A stretch of DNA of 64,000 bases from NCBI GenBank assembly GCA_036172245.1, contig JAYWIR010000033.1, positions 1,426,001-1,490,000 on the forward strand. The letters run 5' to 3'. Under the pieces are notes generated by a model, which had not been told where the DNA came from, made no database searches, and saw only the letters and a program-made list of their open reading frames with translations. The stretch's first letter is position 1. Each line of letters opens with the position of its first letter. This document shows positions 50,071 through 63,600 of this stretch, piece by piece. The stretch is from Raillietiella orientalis. Lineage: Eukaryota. Both the position numbers and the translations under genes were made by a program.

Positions 50071-53000
50071 CAGCAGCTCCATTTTCTCGATCCATGAACA
50101 ATCTGAGGAACCTCCGATTATGTTGAAGCAGAAGCGACGCCTACAGCCATGATTATGGAACAACATCTGAGGGAATCTTTCAGAGCGTCGGATTAACAAG
50201 CTATTGCGTATGTGAAGACGGGAGTTCGTCAGAGCGGTTGTGCTGCTGATGAATTAGTCTGCCCCAGTAGGGGTGTGGTGAATGCAGCATCGATCGAGAA
50301 GGAAGGCGCAACGATTTTATCTCGGTTTTCGTTCCTCCCTTCGAAAAATCTAACGGTGGAGGATACGTGTGCGCACGCAGCCAGCCCAACGAGCAACCGG
50401 AGAGGAAATCATCGTCTGGAGAAGCAAACAGAGAAAGCACGTTGGACTCTGCTTCTTGAATTTGCTCGTTGACAATTCTTTTAGAAAAGTAGCCTCAGGA
50501 GCTGGCTCTGGCGAGCCAAGAACGAGTTAAAGAGATTAACACAAAAACACGGAAAACACTCTCCGTGAGCTGCAAATCCGGTAGGTAACTGCAAACGCGA
50601 CTTTTGGCGACGGTCGTGTTCCGACCACCAGATCGGGAAAAAGAAAAAGTTGCAAAGAAGGACTTTTGGAGGAAGCCAAGTGAATCGATAAATAAATGAA
50701 GACAAGGAAGATCTTTGGAAGTTAACTTGTGTTTTCAGATGACGACGAACGTGAATTGCGCGTCCGCTCAGGTCCAGCTGGCAAGATTCACGTAACTAAA
50801 ATTTCAAACGAAATGCGTGCAGATCCGAGCCTCTGCCGACGAGCAGGCACGCTCTGTGATAATGCCAACCCGATATTTTCATTGGATCTCCTCCCTACGG
50901 AGAAAAAGTAAGGAAAGGAAAGAACGTCGGTACTTCCACTAGGGAGCGTCTACGTGTAAATTCCAGGAAGCGCTGCAGAATCAGAGGTGGAGACGCTCCA
51001 AGATTCAGTGCGCGCGGACGTGTTTCGCCATCATCCAAGAATCGATAAATGTTGTAAAGGCGAATATCTCCTCCCCCATATTCCATCCCCTTTGCAGTCT
51101 CCAGAGGAACTGATTTGCAGGATGGCTTTCACTAGTGTGCGTCAGCACTGTTGCCCATGGCTAACGCACAATAGTTCGCGCGCACGGCGGACGCGAGGAA
51201 AACCATTTGACGTGCGATCGCGTACGTCAAAGGAGGAGCTTGATCGTTTGATCAAGCTCTTCCTGATCTCTTCTCTGGGGCGATCGCTCTCCGGGAAAAG
51301 ATAAGGAAGGATTTAAGGAGCGAATCGAGAGAGAAGGTGTCTTCTGCAGTCGCATCATCTTTCATCTTCCCAAGGTGCTTTCTCCATTACTTTGCCCTCC
51401 AGAGTTCGTGGTGCGTCGCCTGAGGTGGGCATCCGCGGATATAGATACAGATCAGTCGGTCTAGGGATTAGCAGAAAGGGATTGTGTCGAGATTCTGATC
51501 CCGTCAGGTGGATTCCGCGATGAGGAGCACAAACATCACATAGTGAGGGATGCGGGACACCAGGAATTTTCGGTCTCACCGGGACATTTGTTTAAAAGGA
51601 AGCCAACAAAATGGAAACGCAGCTGACAAGAAGAAACAAAAGTTCTGCGGAAACGACCACCGGCACGCCGGCCTGCTTCTAAGGAAGTCCAGAGTGGAAG
51701 ATGCGATAGATAAATAAAAAAGGAAAAGCATCCTTGAGTTGAACCACTCTTCCCAGAAGAGGCTCCGAATGGTGGCGATCTCCCTGGTGACTTCTTGCCC
51801 ACCACCTCGCGGCCGTTCTCACATAGACGACTGCCATGCGGGTGGCCTCTCCCTTCGCTGCGCCCCAGACTCCTCGGCGTACGGCGGGACGTGACGATGG
51901 CGCGGGTGCACTTTGCTGAAATCACGGCGGACGCCGTGACTCCTCCTCTTGCGAAGAATTTCCCGCAGCAACTTCTCGGCGGTGTCATCCGAAAGCAACC
52001 TGCTTTCGGACTGACTCCAGCCCCCCTCCTCCCCCCCACACACAGTTCCTCGAAGGCACTGCAGACCAATAATTGTCGCGGAAACGATTCAACAGTCCCA
52101 CACCTGGAAGAATTCGATGAGGCCACTCCCCTGGAAACGAGCCGGAGCTGGTTGCACCGGAAACCCCAGTGCAGAAATGGCAGCAGCACATCTTGGGGGA
52201 ACCAACGAAGTGTTCCAACACAGAGGAGGAAAGACCAGAGGACAGAAGGACCAGACCAGAAAGACCATTCTTCGGGGAGGGAAGGGGGGAGGGGGACGCA
52301 CACGTAAAAGCTCGCTCCATCGAAGGAGTCCCTTTGTCCGAGAGCGAGGAACGGTGTCGTTGTCTACGAGCTCGCTCTTCCAGCAGTCCGGGATCTTCGC
52401 AACTCCTCAGCCGGTGCTAAGAAACTCCCGCCTTGCCGGTTGGCAGCTGCAGCTGTTTGTCCTCCGGGAACGCATCGCGGCGGTAAGGGGTGGGGCGGCG
52501 ATCCGGGACAAACAGTGAGCTCCGGAAAAGAACTTCCGACGCATAAGTCTCGAAGCAGCCAAAGAGGAGGCTTTCTCAACAATGAATAGGGCATCCCGCG
52601 CCGAAAAAAAACATGCCATTCCGAAGTATTGTTGTCGCGACCGGGACAACAATGCTTTCCCTCCGCTTGCTCCAGAGGCGAAACGGAGAAGGCAGCAACG
52701 CGTTTATTGTCTTCGCCCCATCCTCATCGCCCTCCGAGTCGTTCCCTCCCTCATCATTTCTTTTCTCTTATCGTCGTCATCGTCACCGTTCGCGCGATCC
52801 CGGATTCTTCCTCCCCTTTCCACCTTGCTCATCATCATCTGTCATCATCGTGCCGATCCCATGCTTTCCCCTCCCTTCTCTTCCTCCTCTCCTCCGGGTT
52901 AAAGCCTTCGCCACCGTCATCGATTCCCCGGCCCCTCCCCTCGACACTATGGGTCCCGGCACCGTCATTGTCATCATCGTGAGCCTCTCCGCTGTCATCG

Positions 53001-55634
53001 CCCTTCTACATGGGAAAAAACGAGAGAGGAAGACGGGGAGGGGGAAAGGAGGATGAAGGAGGGCGGATGCTGCGCTGCAGCGACGCTTCCTCGGCAACAC
53101 ACCCGCGCGTCTTTTCCGCGTAGTACGCTTCCTCCCCCCTCTTTCTCCCATCTCCAGGGTGCCACAGACGGAACCTCCTTCAGTCAGTCGCCTCCGTCAG
53201 CAGCGTGGAGGGACCATGTCACTTCCGTTTCCTTCCCCACCCTCTGTCGTGCTGCAGCCGTGTCCTTCCCGCTTCCGTGCTGCTGACGACTCCTGCGCGT
53301 TTGCCACCAAGTTTCTTCCCTCCCCCTCCTCTCGCCTTTTCGAGCGTGTCCGGGGAGCGAACCGGGACTCAGAAAAACGAGCTCTCGACAAAGGCAAGCC
53401 GCTGCGCTCTCCCGCCGCCCCGGACGCGCGGGCGCTGCCATCGCGCTCTGCTCATCATCATCGGGGTAATTAGGGATCACCGCCCGGAGGGCGCCGATAC
53501 ACTCCGCGTCCTCGGAAAGCCCCAGGGCGCCCGCGGAACCCGCGCGCCTTATCTCGTCCCGCCGCGTCCCTCCTGCGGGACTCCCCTATCGGCACATCTG
53601 CGACCTCTGGACGCCCACGCGCGTCCGCGTCCGGCGGCAGCCCCTCCCTCAAGGAGTGGGGAGGGAGAGGCACCGCCGCCCACCGGCGCTCAGCGCGAGG
53701 AGGCGGTTCCGTCCGCCTGTTCCCGGGCGCGCGCGCGCTCCACCGGGAGGAAGAGGAAGAGGCGCCGCGCGGGAAGAAAGGAAGAAAATCGATATCTCCA
53801 GGGAACCGCCGCCGATCCCGCGAGACCTGAAGGGGCCGTCGCTGCTGCTGCTTCCTCCTGTGGGGGCGTTCCGCTCCAGGGAAGCGGAGGCGCCCGCCTG
53901 CCGGGCAGCCGGGGGTTCCGCATAGGGGTACTGGGACCTCCCGTTCCCTGAGGACGGGGAGGTAAGGGGAAGGGCAGCGCGGTACTCTGCCGAGCGACCT
54001 CCTGGAGGTCTCTCCTCCGATGCTTTCTTCTTCCTCCCTTCACCCAGCCCTGCGCTCCAGAGATATTTCCGGGGGAAGGGTTGCGGGATATCCTCCCCGG
54101 GCGCTCGGTAGGATTGACCGACGACCAGCCTCCTGGGAAGGAGTTGCGTTGAGTGACCTCCAGGAAAAAAGAGGAGAAAAGGGAGGAGGAGGGAGGGAAG
54201 AGGAAGGGGGAGAGAAGGGAAGAAGGGAGGAGGAAGCAGCCCCGGAGGGGACATTCAGGAGCGCGTCTTTCCATCCAGGGTGCAGAGCGGACGTGAGGAA
54301 TCCGAGAAGGCTAGGCGGCCTCCTTCTCAAGGGAAGGTTCAGAAATCGTCTCCCCGGAAACGGAGGCTGCTCCATGGCGTCCACGCCTCGCTCGCTTAGG
54401 AAGAGACCTTCTAGCCGAGGAGCTCCAGCCCTCTGCACTCGTCGTCCTCATCACGAGGACTCCTGAGAGAGAGGGGAGATGCTATCGGCATCACCACCGG
54501 TGGGAGTGTCCTCAGGAGGGCGTTTTCTCCCGCGGGACCGACCCTTCGGGACCCCTCGGCGTTCCCCTCGCGCGCCCGTTCTCCGAGAGAGATTCCCCCC
54601 TGCAAGCTAGGTCAGACGCCCCTGACCTGGCTCCGCACGCTTTCGAAGGGTGGATAGTGGGAAGTCGCGCCCCTTTCGCCCTCTCTGCATCCGGGAGAGC
54701 CTGACCGGCGCGCCGCTCGCAGGGACATCTGCGTCCTTTCAGCGAGATGGCGAGCCGCGAGGTCAGTTGAGGGGATCTGGGAGCGCTCGTGGCGTCCGCG
54801 GAAGACGCGCTTCGTTTCGGAGCTCAGCATCCGAGCTGGACTCCTGGCTGCGACCCGAGGGTCAGAGAGGGCTGTGGGGGAAGCAATGCTGGCGGGATGT
54901 GGACGCCAAGGTGGGGTCCGTCTCGTTCTACGCCGCGTCTGGGCAACAGAGCGAGGGTTACGGCCAGGGCGACTTCCGCAGCCGCAGACCCTGGTCGGCT
55001 CTTCACGCCAGCAGGTGACCCGGGGTTGAAAGGTCACTTCTGGCGCCTCCCAGGGATTCGCCCGCGAAAGTTGACGTTTCACGGATTCTTCTAGCCCCGG
55101 GAGGCACGGCGCAGTCGCCCCCTTGGGGCCTCTCCACTGCCTTGCAAGCTTCTGCCTGGGGCGCTCACGGCAGTCAGAGAGTGGGCGGAGTGTTGGCACA
55201 AAACGCGGACGGACATCCTGCCGATGGTCAGCAGACAGGAGGAGAGATGCTGATCTCCCCTTCTCCTACAAATCCCCTCCCGCATCTGAATCTGCGGAGC
55301 CGACCGCGCACTGGCGAGTGGCCCGTCCGAGACGCGCGGAGGAAGGCGGCTCCCCCAAAAACGCTTCGTCCCGGGACACTTTCCCACCCCATCCCCCGCC
55401 GCGCCCTCGTCCGACCTCGGAGGAGGTCAGCCCGAGGGCTCCTGGCCACGGGGACCCGCTGGACTCGGCGCCGGACCGGCGCTCAGCGCATATCCCGGAA
55501 TGCCGGAGGCGGAAAGACCGACAGGGCGGAGTGGAAAGGTCGCCCGCGGGGCGCCTCCAGCTCAGGCGGAAGCCGCCATCGCGTCGCCGCCGCCGCAGTC
55601 CCCGTGGGGACCTCTCACCGCGGCAGCGGCCGCG

Positions 55635-55778
55635 AAAGGGAGGAAAGCGAGAAGGAAAAGAAAAGGACTAAGGGAGAAGGAGGAGGGAGGAGGAGGAAAA
55701 GGAAGAAGGGAAGAGCAGAGGGAAGAAAAGAGGAAGAGGAGGAAGAAGGGAATAGGAGGAAAGGAAGAAGAGATGAGG
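55635..55778 (+). repeat. Long near-pure polypurine (G/A) tract
   Basis: About 140 nt almost entirely G and A (gaaggaaaag...ggaagaagagatgagg). Confidence 0.8.
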
Positions 55779-58700
55779 ATGCAGCTTACGGAGGGGACGT
55801 TTAGTCAGCGCGCCACTCCGTTCCCTCTTAATTTTCCTACGTCTGGTGGCTCACGGGATCGCAGAGAGCGTCGCACTGGGAGAGGCTGCCTTTGGTTCGC
55901 TTCGTACCCCGGTGCCTCTCAGCGGCTTCGGGACGGTCGCTGCCTCCCTGGAAACGAAGCGAAAGGAAGGAGACCAGACGGGCACGCCCCGTCGCTCTTT
56001 CCTATCCCTTCGGATCCGCGGAAAAAAATCTCACTGCCCGGAGGAGATGCTGAGGGCGATCGTGGTCAGCGGCTTTGCTCGCAACCCTCCTCGCGCTCGT
56101 CCCGGGTGGGTCGAGGCAGGTCAGCTCAAGGCAAACGGTCCACATCGGTTCGCCCCTGGCAGGACGAGAGCAGGGAGGTCCTCTAGGAGAGAGCGAGCGA
56201 GGGAAGCGGGGACCTTCCCATCCCAGGACCGCCTGCCATCTCCGCGCATGTCGCAGATAGCGACCCGAGGGACCTGCGGGAATTTCCTCGGAGGAGGTGC
56301 ATGCCGCCTCCCGCCGGCGAGGAGCGGGGGGGGGTAAGCGCCTGCGAAGGTGGCATTGCGCCACCGATCTGCGTTTCCAAGACGGCTCCCTCCGCGACAG
56401 CTCCGTTCCTCTCTTTTCGCCCGATGTCATCGGGGCCACCTCCGCTAAGCTTCCGTTTTTTTATGTTTTCCTTCCCGGGAAGGCGGTCCAGGGAGCACCC
56501 TTCCCGTTCGTTCCCTTCATCCGGTGACCTGCAGAAACTGCACGGCCCGTGGTCGGGGAGACGGGATGTTGTTGTCTCGGATACGGCGCTGATGGATGGC
56601 GTCAGGCGGAGCGATGCGTCAGGCCCCGTCCTCTTGATGAACGGCGCGCCCACGCTCCGTCGGAGCAACGACGAGGGAAGACGTAAAAGAAGGGCGAGCC
56701 GGGAGAGCCAGCGAGCGCCGCTCCCTCCGGAGGAGGGGCTGCTGGATTCCCCCGTCCTGGAAAGGCTCGTCGCGGGCCAGGGGCGGTTTCTGGGGTGCAC
56801 GGAAACGACGCATGAGCAGAGGTTTCCTCGGAGCTGTTTCGGGGAAGCTCTGCCGCTGTCACGGAAACGGCGGCCATTTTGGAACGACCGCAGTTGGGAA
56901 GGGAGGTCCTTCCCGCTTGTCCCCTCTTGAACGATGCCGCGATTCATCCCGTCGAGAGGGCCCATCCACTCGCACTGCTCCAGGGGCTTGGGGAAACCTC
57001 AGCTCCGTCCCGATCCACTTTTAACCCTCTTGGGATTTTCTCCCTTTCAGAGCTGCGAGACCTGCGAGATCATCGCGCAGGCGCTTGAGAGATGACAGAC
57101 CGGCAAAGACGACACGGACCGAGAACTGCTGCAAGCGCGCGGGAGAGGCGACTCTGAGAAAGCATAAGCTCCCCGTTTCCTAGACGACCGGGTGTTCCCG
57201 CCGTTCCGTCTACAGCCAGTGAGCGAGAGGGTGCTCTGATACCGCTCATCTCCAGCAGACCACGGCAGGGTGGTCGTGGTCTGCACGCGGTCGTCCGCTA
57301 GCACTCGAGCACTTCCTGTATCCTCACCAGAAAAAGGGAACGGCGCTGCAGGAAACCTCCCGGTGATACGAGGGAAATTCACGATTTTCACTGGCAGGTA
57401 TAAGGCAGCACTGGCAGCTACACGATCCATGGACTACTCCGATCCACGCGAGTAGCGCTTTACCTGTGTAAGTGCGGGCTCTCACTATGAAGGAGGACAA
57501 AGATCTCCGCCCCAGACTCCCTTACTCGAAGCCCCAAAGCAGTGGGTGCGTTCCACGCCGTGTCCTGTAGCAGTGGAGAACGGTTCCGCTCGTGTGCGTG
57601 GGTGGTTGGGCGGGGAGAGTTGCTGGTCGGACTTTCCTTGAACCCGCCCTTCCCTGTCTCGGAGCCGCCCCGTGAGACTGCGCCCGCCCCTCGCGGAAGG
57701 CGAGGCGGTGGCCGGAGTCGATTCGCACCATCTGGCGGTGCGACCGTGAACGAACCGGCCGCTTCCCTCTGAGGATGGTGCGTCGCTATCCGGGTGCTTC
57801 GAGGAAGGTAGGTGCAGTTCGCGCGTGCGATCCAGATGGCAAACGGAATGAGTGTGGGAGGGGAGTCCCTGGAGTGTGCCAGGTGAGAAGGCGCTTTCGC
57901 CAACCCCCCCCCCCCCTTTCTTCCCTCCTCCTGGGCTGCCGGCCTGTTTTCTTCGTGTCCTTTTTCGTCCTCTTAACGCAGGCAGGAGGACGCTGTCCCA
58001 TCCGCCCGCTCTGATTTACTACGATGGGCGTCGATGGCCAGAGTCCTCGACTTCTCGGGAAACGTCCTCGTGAATGCGCGCGCGCGAAGCGGGATTTTTT
58101 TATCTTTTATCATTCTCGTTGTGCGCACTTACATAAATCTCCCTGCTCCTCCCTGCCTCCTCCTTCCTTCTCCTCCTCCACCCCCTCCATCTTACTTAGG
58201 CGACCGCCGCGCAGCTAATGACATCCCCTGCCAACAGCCCTGCAAGGAGAGTTTGTTTTATGGGGGCCGCGACCCCTGAGTGGCCCCCATAAATCACCAC
58301 TGGATCCCGGCTAGGTGACAGCGTGATTAGCTGCGCGCGTTACCACCGGGCCGGAGGGCCTCGTGCCCGGTGAGCGCGCGGTCGGGAGGGAATCCTCCTC
58401 CCCAGCAGGGAGAGGGTGAGAGTCTTATTCCCCTCCTCTCTCCTCCCCCTTCCCCCGTCCTTTGGCTCTCGGGCCACCCGGCTGTCGAGGTGCACCGAGG
58501 CTCCACCTGGCTAATTCGACGGAAGCCGCGGGCAATTGAAACGCCCCGGGAATTCCGCCACCAGGGGGAGGGTTGGCCACCTCCCCTCTCCTCCCCTATC
58601 CTATCCTCTTCCTATCCTTTTTTCGCAGACAGTCCGTTCCTCCCGACGGCCCCGTCACTCGGCCGTCGCCCGCCCGGAACGCTGCGGTCGCCCGCCGCGG

Positions 58701-59934
58701 TTACTTCCGGGTGCGCGCCCCGTTCACCCCTTTCCTGCCTCTCCCATCCGCCCGCTCCGGCGCCTCGGGAGCTCCGAGCTGCCACCGGGCTCCGCCTCCT
58801 TCCTCCCACCCTCACCCAGCCTCCTCTAGGAGACGACGCCATGGCGGCCGGCTCGACTCCTCGAGACGGAAGTCCGGGATGCTGCTCGCGGCCCAGACCG
58901 TTCCCAGGAACCGCGGGATCTCGGCTCCCCAGTCGTCCAACCCCATTCTCCCCCTCCTCGGATAGGAGCGGCGCCTGGTTTCTGCAGAGCGCCCCGCGCG
59001 TTCCCAGGGATACCTTCGAATGTCTTCCTCCGACGCGCAGGGGCGCCGTCGTGAGACCCACGGGAACTGGAAGGGACGGAAGGAAGGGGCTGGGTCCCAT
59101 CCCCATCCCCCCCTTCAACCCCCCCTGCGCGCCCCGAGGATTGAGGCATCTCCTGCCTCCATGGAGCACGCACGCGGAAGGGGGCAGCGCCTACTCGAGT
59201 CACGGGCAGAAACTCCAATCTCATTGGCTGGAGACCGCCGTCCGGAAAGTCCGCGCACGCGCGCTGAACGCGACGCGGGACGAGCGCCGGCGGAGACGCC
59301 GACGGCGGCGGGCGACTTCCGGCGCGCGCAGAGTGGAGGGGGCAGCGTGTGGTCCCGTCTTTCCGTCCCGCTCAGCGCTGGCCGGGGCCCGAGCGGGCAG
59401 CATGGCTTTCCCCAGTGCGACCCGCGGAGGGGCGGATTTATTAAAAAACCACAACAGTGCAAACAAGCGATGGCAAAACAAACAAACAAACGCTTTCAGC
59501 ATGGCGACCGGCGGGTCCGCCCGCAAAAGCCACAGCTGCCCTCTCGCGTAAATCGCTGCACCGTTCTGGACGCACATTTCGCTGTTCTTAAGCAGGGCAG
59601 GAGAGTCCAGGATGCACTGATTATGTTGATTTTCCCTCTTCGGGAGTCCTTGCAAGATGTCACCATGTATTGTTTGGATGACTCCTCGTCAGCTTCGTCC
59701 TCCTGATGAGGACGGGTTCCAGCGGGGCACACCGTCTTCTTCCTCAGGAGGCACTCACAGAGGATCCCCAGTTTGGGCGCTATCGTCCACTCCGGCTACC
59801 CGCCTAGCCACTCTCCAATCGTGGACAACGGTGCGGCAGGATGCGTAGATTATTCTTCCGTCCATCCGCACGCCGGGAGCTGGTCGTCGTCGCTGTTCCC
59901 GGTCCAGTACTCTCCCAGCACAGGATGACTCCGT

Positions 59935-62900
59935 GGCTCTACACCCAGGTGAGCTGTGGCATTTATTTTAAAAAATAGTAAACATGCAGGTGTAGGGACA
60001 CCGGCCCTACATCGTCCGAGTAACCGGCATGCAGGCTGGCGAGGTTCGCCTCGGCAGCGGAGAGGGGAGAGATCAAACAAAAATAGAAATAATAAAAAAT
60101 ATATGTATACAAAAAAATTGGCAGGATTAGGGAAAGAATCACCATCCGCTGGAGGGCGTCCTCTGAATCTTTTCCAGGATGCCGGCAAGTTCCATCCGAA
60201 GTGAAGGTGAAGTCACCTTGCTGCGTCCTCAGGAAGCGCACGGCGAAGCAGATGGAGTTCCTGTCGCGCCGTCCTCCTCTCGCGTAGCTCCAGGCTGCCA
60301 TAATCCCGTGTAGGCAGCAGCAAAGAGCTGCTGGGGATGCACCAGGAGAAAGGGCATCGCTCACGAAGAGGCGCTGCATCACGTCCCTGGATTGTCCGTC
60401 GGTGCACCAAGGGTCGTCACGTTACGCAACTATAAGGACCGGAGGGCAACGCAGCCTACAAGCAGGTGCGGGAGGGATCGCCGTTCCCCGCACCTGCAAA
60501 AGTTGGGAGCTCCCCCCAGATCCAGTGAGATCGACGAGCGTTGCTGGGGAGTCCCCAGTGCCGACACCAGGAATGCCGACTCCTCTCTCTTCAGGGAGAG
60601 GATCCAGTTGTTCTTCAGAACTGGGAGCCACTCGAGGACTACCTGTAGGATTCTCAACAGCTTGCGCTAGCGCAATAGTCCGTTTGCTGGGGTTGCAGCG
60701 TCCGTGAGCTGGTCCGCGGTCCAACCAGGTTACTGCCCAAGTGCTTCCTAAGGGAGAGCAGTGCCGCGGCTTGGGAGGTCCTTTCTGCCCATTCACACGT
60801 GGTGGGCTGCAAGATGACGTCCTGCAGCGGGTGGTTGCTGCAGGAGTGCAGCAGTTGCTGTCGCATCTCAGGGCTCACTTTGTTGTTCTTGATCCACTGA
60901 AGTTTCCTGCAGCCAGGCACTACCGTTCGCGGATGCCTCCGTGGTGCAACACCAGAAGGCAGTCCTGAATATCCGGCGACGGCAAGGAGTGATCCCACAG
61001 GACCGTCCCAATCGCCTGTGGGTCGAAGGCGTCGCCTCCTAGCCTGCTCCTCATCCTTCCCGCATCTTTAGGTTGTCGGTTTTGGGGGTTTACCTTAGAC
61101 CAGTGGCGTGCATTGGGCTAGCCAAAGTTCCCGCTTCTTGTGGGTTATTCTGCCTTGCATTTTATATGCGTTTGCGAGGATTCGTCGCGCGTGGATGGAT
61201 CCATCTTTTCGACAGTGGCTCGCAATTCTAGGAAATCATCTTCTTCGACTTGTGGATCCAGGCTTCTGTCTCCCAAGGGACTCTGTTGAACAGCGGAATC
61301 GCCTCGATGAGTTCCTCGACCCAGAGCTCCTTTCTTCTGGAAACGATCTTCAGGTTCAAGGTCCCCGGAAGGCGCTAGATGCCATGTCTAGTCCACGCTA
61401 TTCCAGTCGCCCTCCTGGAGCACCATGGCGGACATGTTGCTGTCGGTTCCGTGCACCAGTATCTCGCGCAGACACTGTGGGACACGAACGGCCAGTCATC
61501 CCACGCACTGAGGATTTGTACCAGATGTCTGAGGTCCTGGAGCTTCGCGGCAGTGGCAACGTCACGTGCGTGCCGATATTTCCTCCCGTCCGTGGGCGGC
61601 GCAGGTGCTCTTGACCACTGGATGGTTCCTCTGGTTCCTCTGGATGTCGGCTAGTTCTTCTGCCGTACTTGGGGGAGATGGGAAGGAAAGACGCCGCGAA
61701 GAGAAACTTCGGCGCAATGACCCGTTTCAGAGATTGGACCTGTTTTTCTGCGAGAAGGAGACTCCGACATTTATCACCCGGATATGCCGGGGCATTTATT
61801 ATTAAAATCTTTATAATAAAAATTTCATAATAAAGTCTTATAATTATGTGCAGGCAGAACACGTGATTCTGCTTGTCTTGACACACTTGCCGCTGCCGGC
61901 CCGCAGGCCTCTGAAGTGCTCTCTGGAGGCGATGGGGAAGGGAAAACCACAAAGAAAAACAAAAAAAATCAAACAAAAACCAAGGGGAGGGAAGTGTTTT
62001 GGGGGAGGGGAGTGCTGGGAAGGGATCACTGTTCGCCCCGAGTGGTCCTCTGCATCCTGTTCAGGATGCGGACAAGTGCTGGACATAATGGATCCGACTG
62101 GTTCCTTCCTTTATCTCGGCAGGAATAGCCAGCCATTGTTGCTGCTACAAGACTGATGGTTCGTCGCCGATGCGAACGCCCAGATAGTTGACTTGGTCCT
62201 CAGCCTCTTGGTTGGGAGTGAAGGCCGGTACTCCACGGCGAGCAGACGGGACTTGCTGGGATTCGCCTTGAGGCCGAGTGCGCGCTCCAAGGCTTGCATG
62301 ATGTCCATGAACGCCTCCTGGTCCCGCTCGTCCGCCATCACCGAGAGCAGGTCGTCCAGGTGTAGACCAGGTGCATGATGGTTTCCTCTTCCAGGATGAC
62401 GTTCCTTAGTCGACTCTCGTTGGTGACCAAGGCGCTCACCGCCTCCATGTACACCACGAGGAGCACGGGGCTCAGGGCATTCCCCTGCCCCACTCCTCTT
62501 CCCATCTCGATCTTCTGCTACGTTAGTCCGTTCACGCTGCCATCACGGAGCCCATGATGGTGAAGTTGACCTCGGCCATAGAGTGAGCTAAGAATTTCCC
62601 CTGGAAGTCCAGCTTACACAGGAGTGGTCGTCCACCTAATCGAAGACCTTCTCTAGGTCGATGAAGCCCAGAACCAGGTCGTTCCCTAGGGCACGATTGT
62701 ATCCCTAGATGGCTTGGACGCACTTGATGTGTTCCTCATGTGTCTGTCTGGGGAGGCATACGTCTGCGTGGGAGAACCCCCGACTTCAGCGATTTCTTCA
62801 GCCTCACCCACTTCGTATCCGAATTCATGATGGACATGGCCTTCACTGGGTGACAGTGAGAAGGTTCCCTCTGCCCTTTGGGAGCAGCCTCATCCTACCT

Positions 62901-63600
62901 CGGTGGAAGGAGGAGGGCAGTCGTCCTTCTCTGATCCCGCATTCCAGCAGTTGACGTAACAGGCGCAGGTAGGCGGGCAGGTGCCTCTGATAGTGCGTAA
63001 CGGGAGCGCCGTCGGAGCCCGCCTCCACGTCCTCATGCAGTCCGTCGAACGCTGTCTTGACCTTTCCGCGGTGAAGAAGTCTTCGTCCATCTGTTGCTGT
63101 TTGTGGGAGACCAGGCATTTCTTCACGTTGCGGAGGATCCGCTCCTGGCTTCCAGGATCCAGAATTTTCTTGCTGAACAGCTCAGACTAGTGATGCTGGA
63201 AGGCATCCAGTACTTGATCCGGGATTCTGCAGTCTTGATCCTTGTAGCAGATCTGGAAGATATCCATCGAATGATTCCGCTTTTCAAGTCGTGCGGGTCT
63301 TTCTTCACACTCTTGTCGAAGAGCCTCTAGTACTCTTCCCAGTATTCAGGTTGGTAAATCTCTCTGTATGCTTCTTCTCGGAGGATCCTGTAGCCGTAAT
63401 GAAGGTCCGAAAAGTGACGGATCGTATGCTTGAGGGTGTCCTAGTCGTCTACGCGCAAGTCGACCCGCACCATCTCGCGGCGTGACTATGAACGAACTAG
63501 CTTCTTCCCTCCGAGAGGAAAGTGCGCGCGATCCGGACTGCTTCCTCTTCCTGCTTTTTTCCCAGCTGGGTCGGCGACGGGGAAATCTCTCCTAAGTACT
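59935..63600 (-). mobile_element. Long degenerate L1/Tx1-like ORF2 (copy C: reverse transcriptase and zinc-finger remnants), interrupted by copy D; may extend to the window end
   Basis: Minus-strand remnants broken by stops and frameshifts, in the expected order: GSDGAP..HY, LPSSFHRGRMRLLPKG, GFIDLEKVFD, GVGQGNALSPVLLVVYMEA, HLDDLL (YADD-equivalent), GLKANPSKS, VNYLGVRI, SLKRVIAPKFLFAASFLP, RRPRTGG, CRCGERRSLPHLLVGC. 3' motif at 59942-59966. Confidence 0.8.
61768..62100 (-). mobile_element. Short 5'-truncated copy (D) of the same family, nested inside copy C
   Basis: Contains the ORF2 tail (PHPEQDAEDH, compare HPYKDAED in A and HPGKDSED in C), a T-rich UTR and the 25-nt motif at 61775-61799. 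ORF2 remnants of copy C continue on both sides. Confidence 0.65.

Noticed and set aside
49500..59900. A host protein-coding gene downstream of neurobeachin (ORFs at 51795, 56183, 58370)
   Set aside because: No recognisable domains and no consistent splice chain. The region may be intergenic or old repeat sequence.
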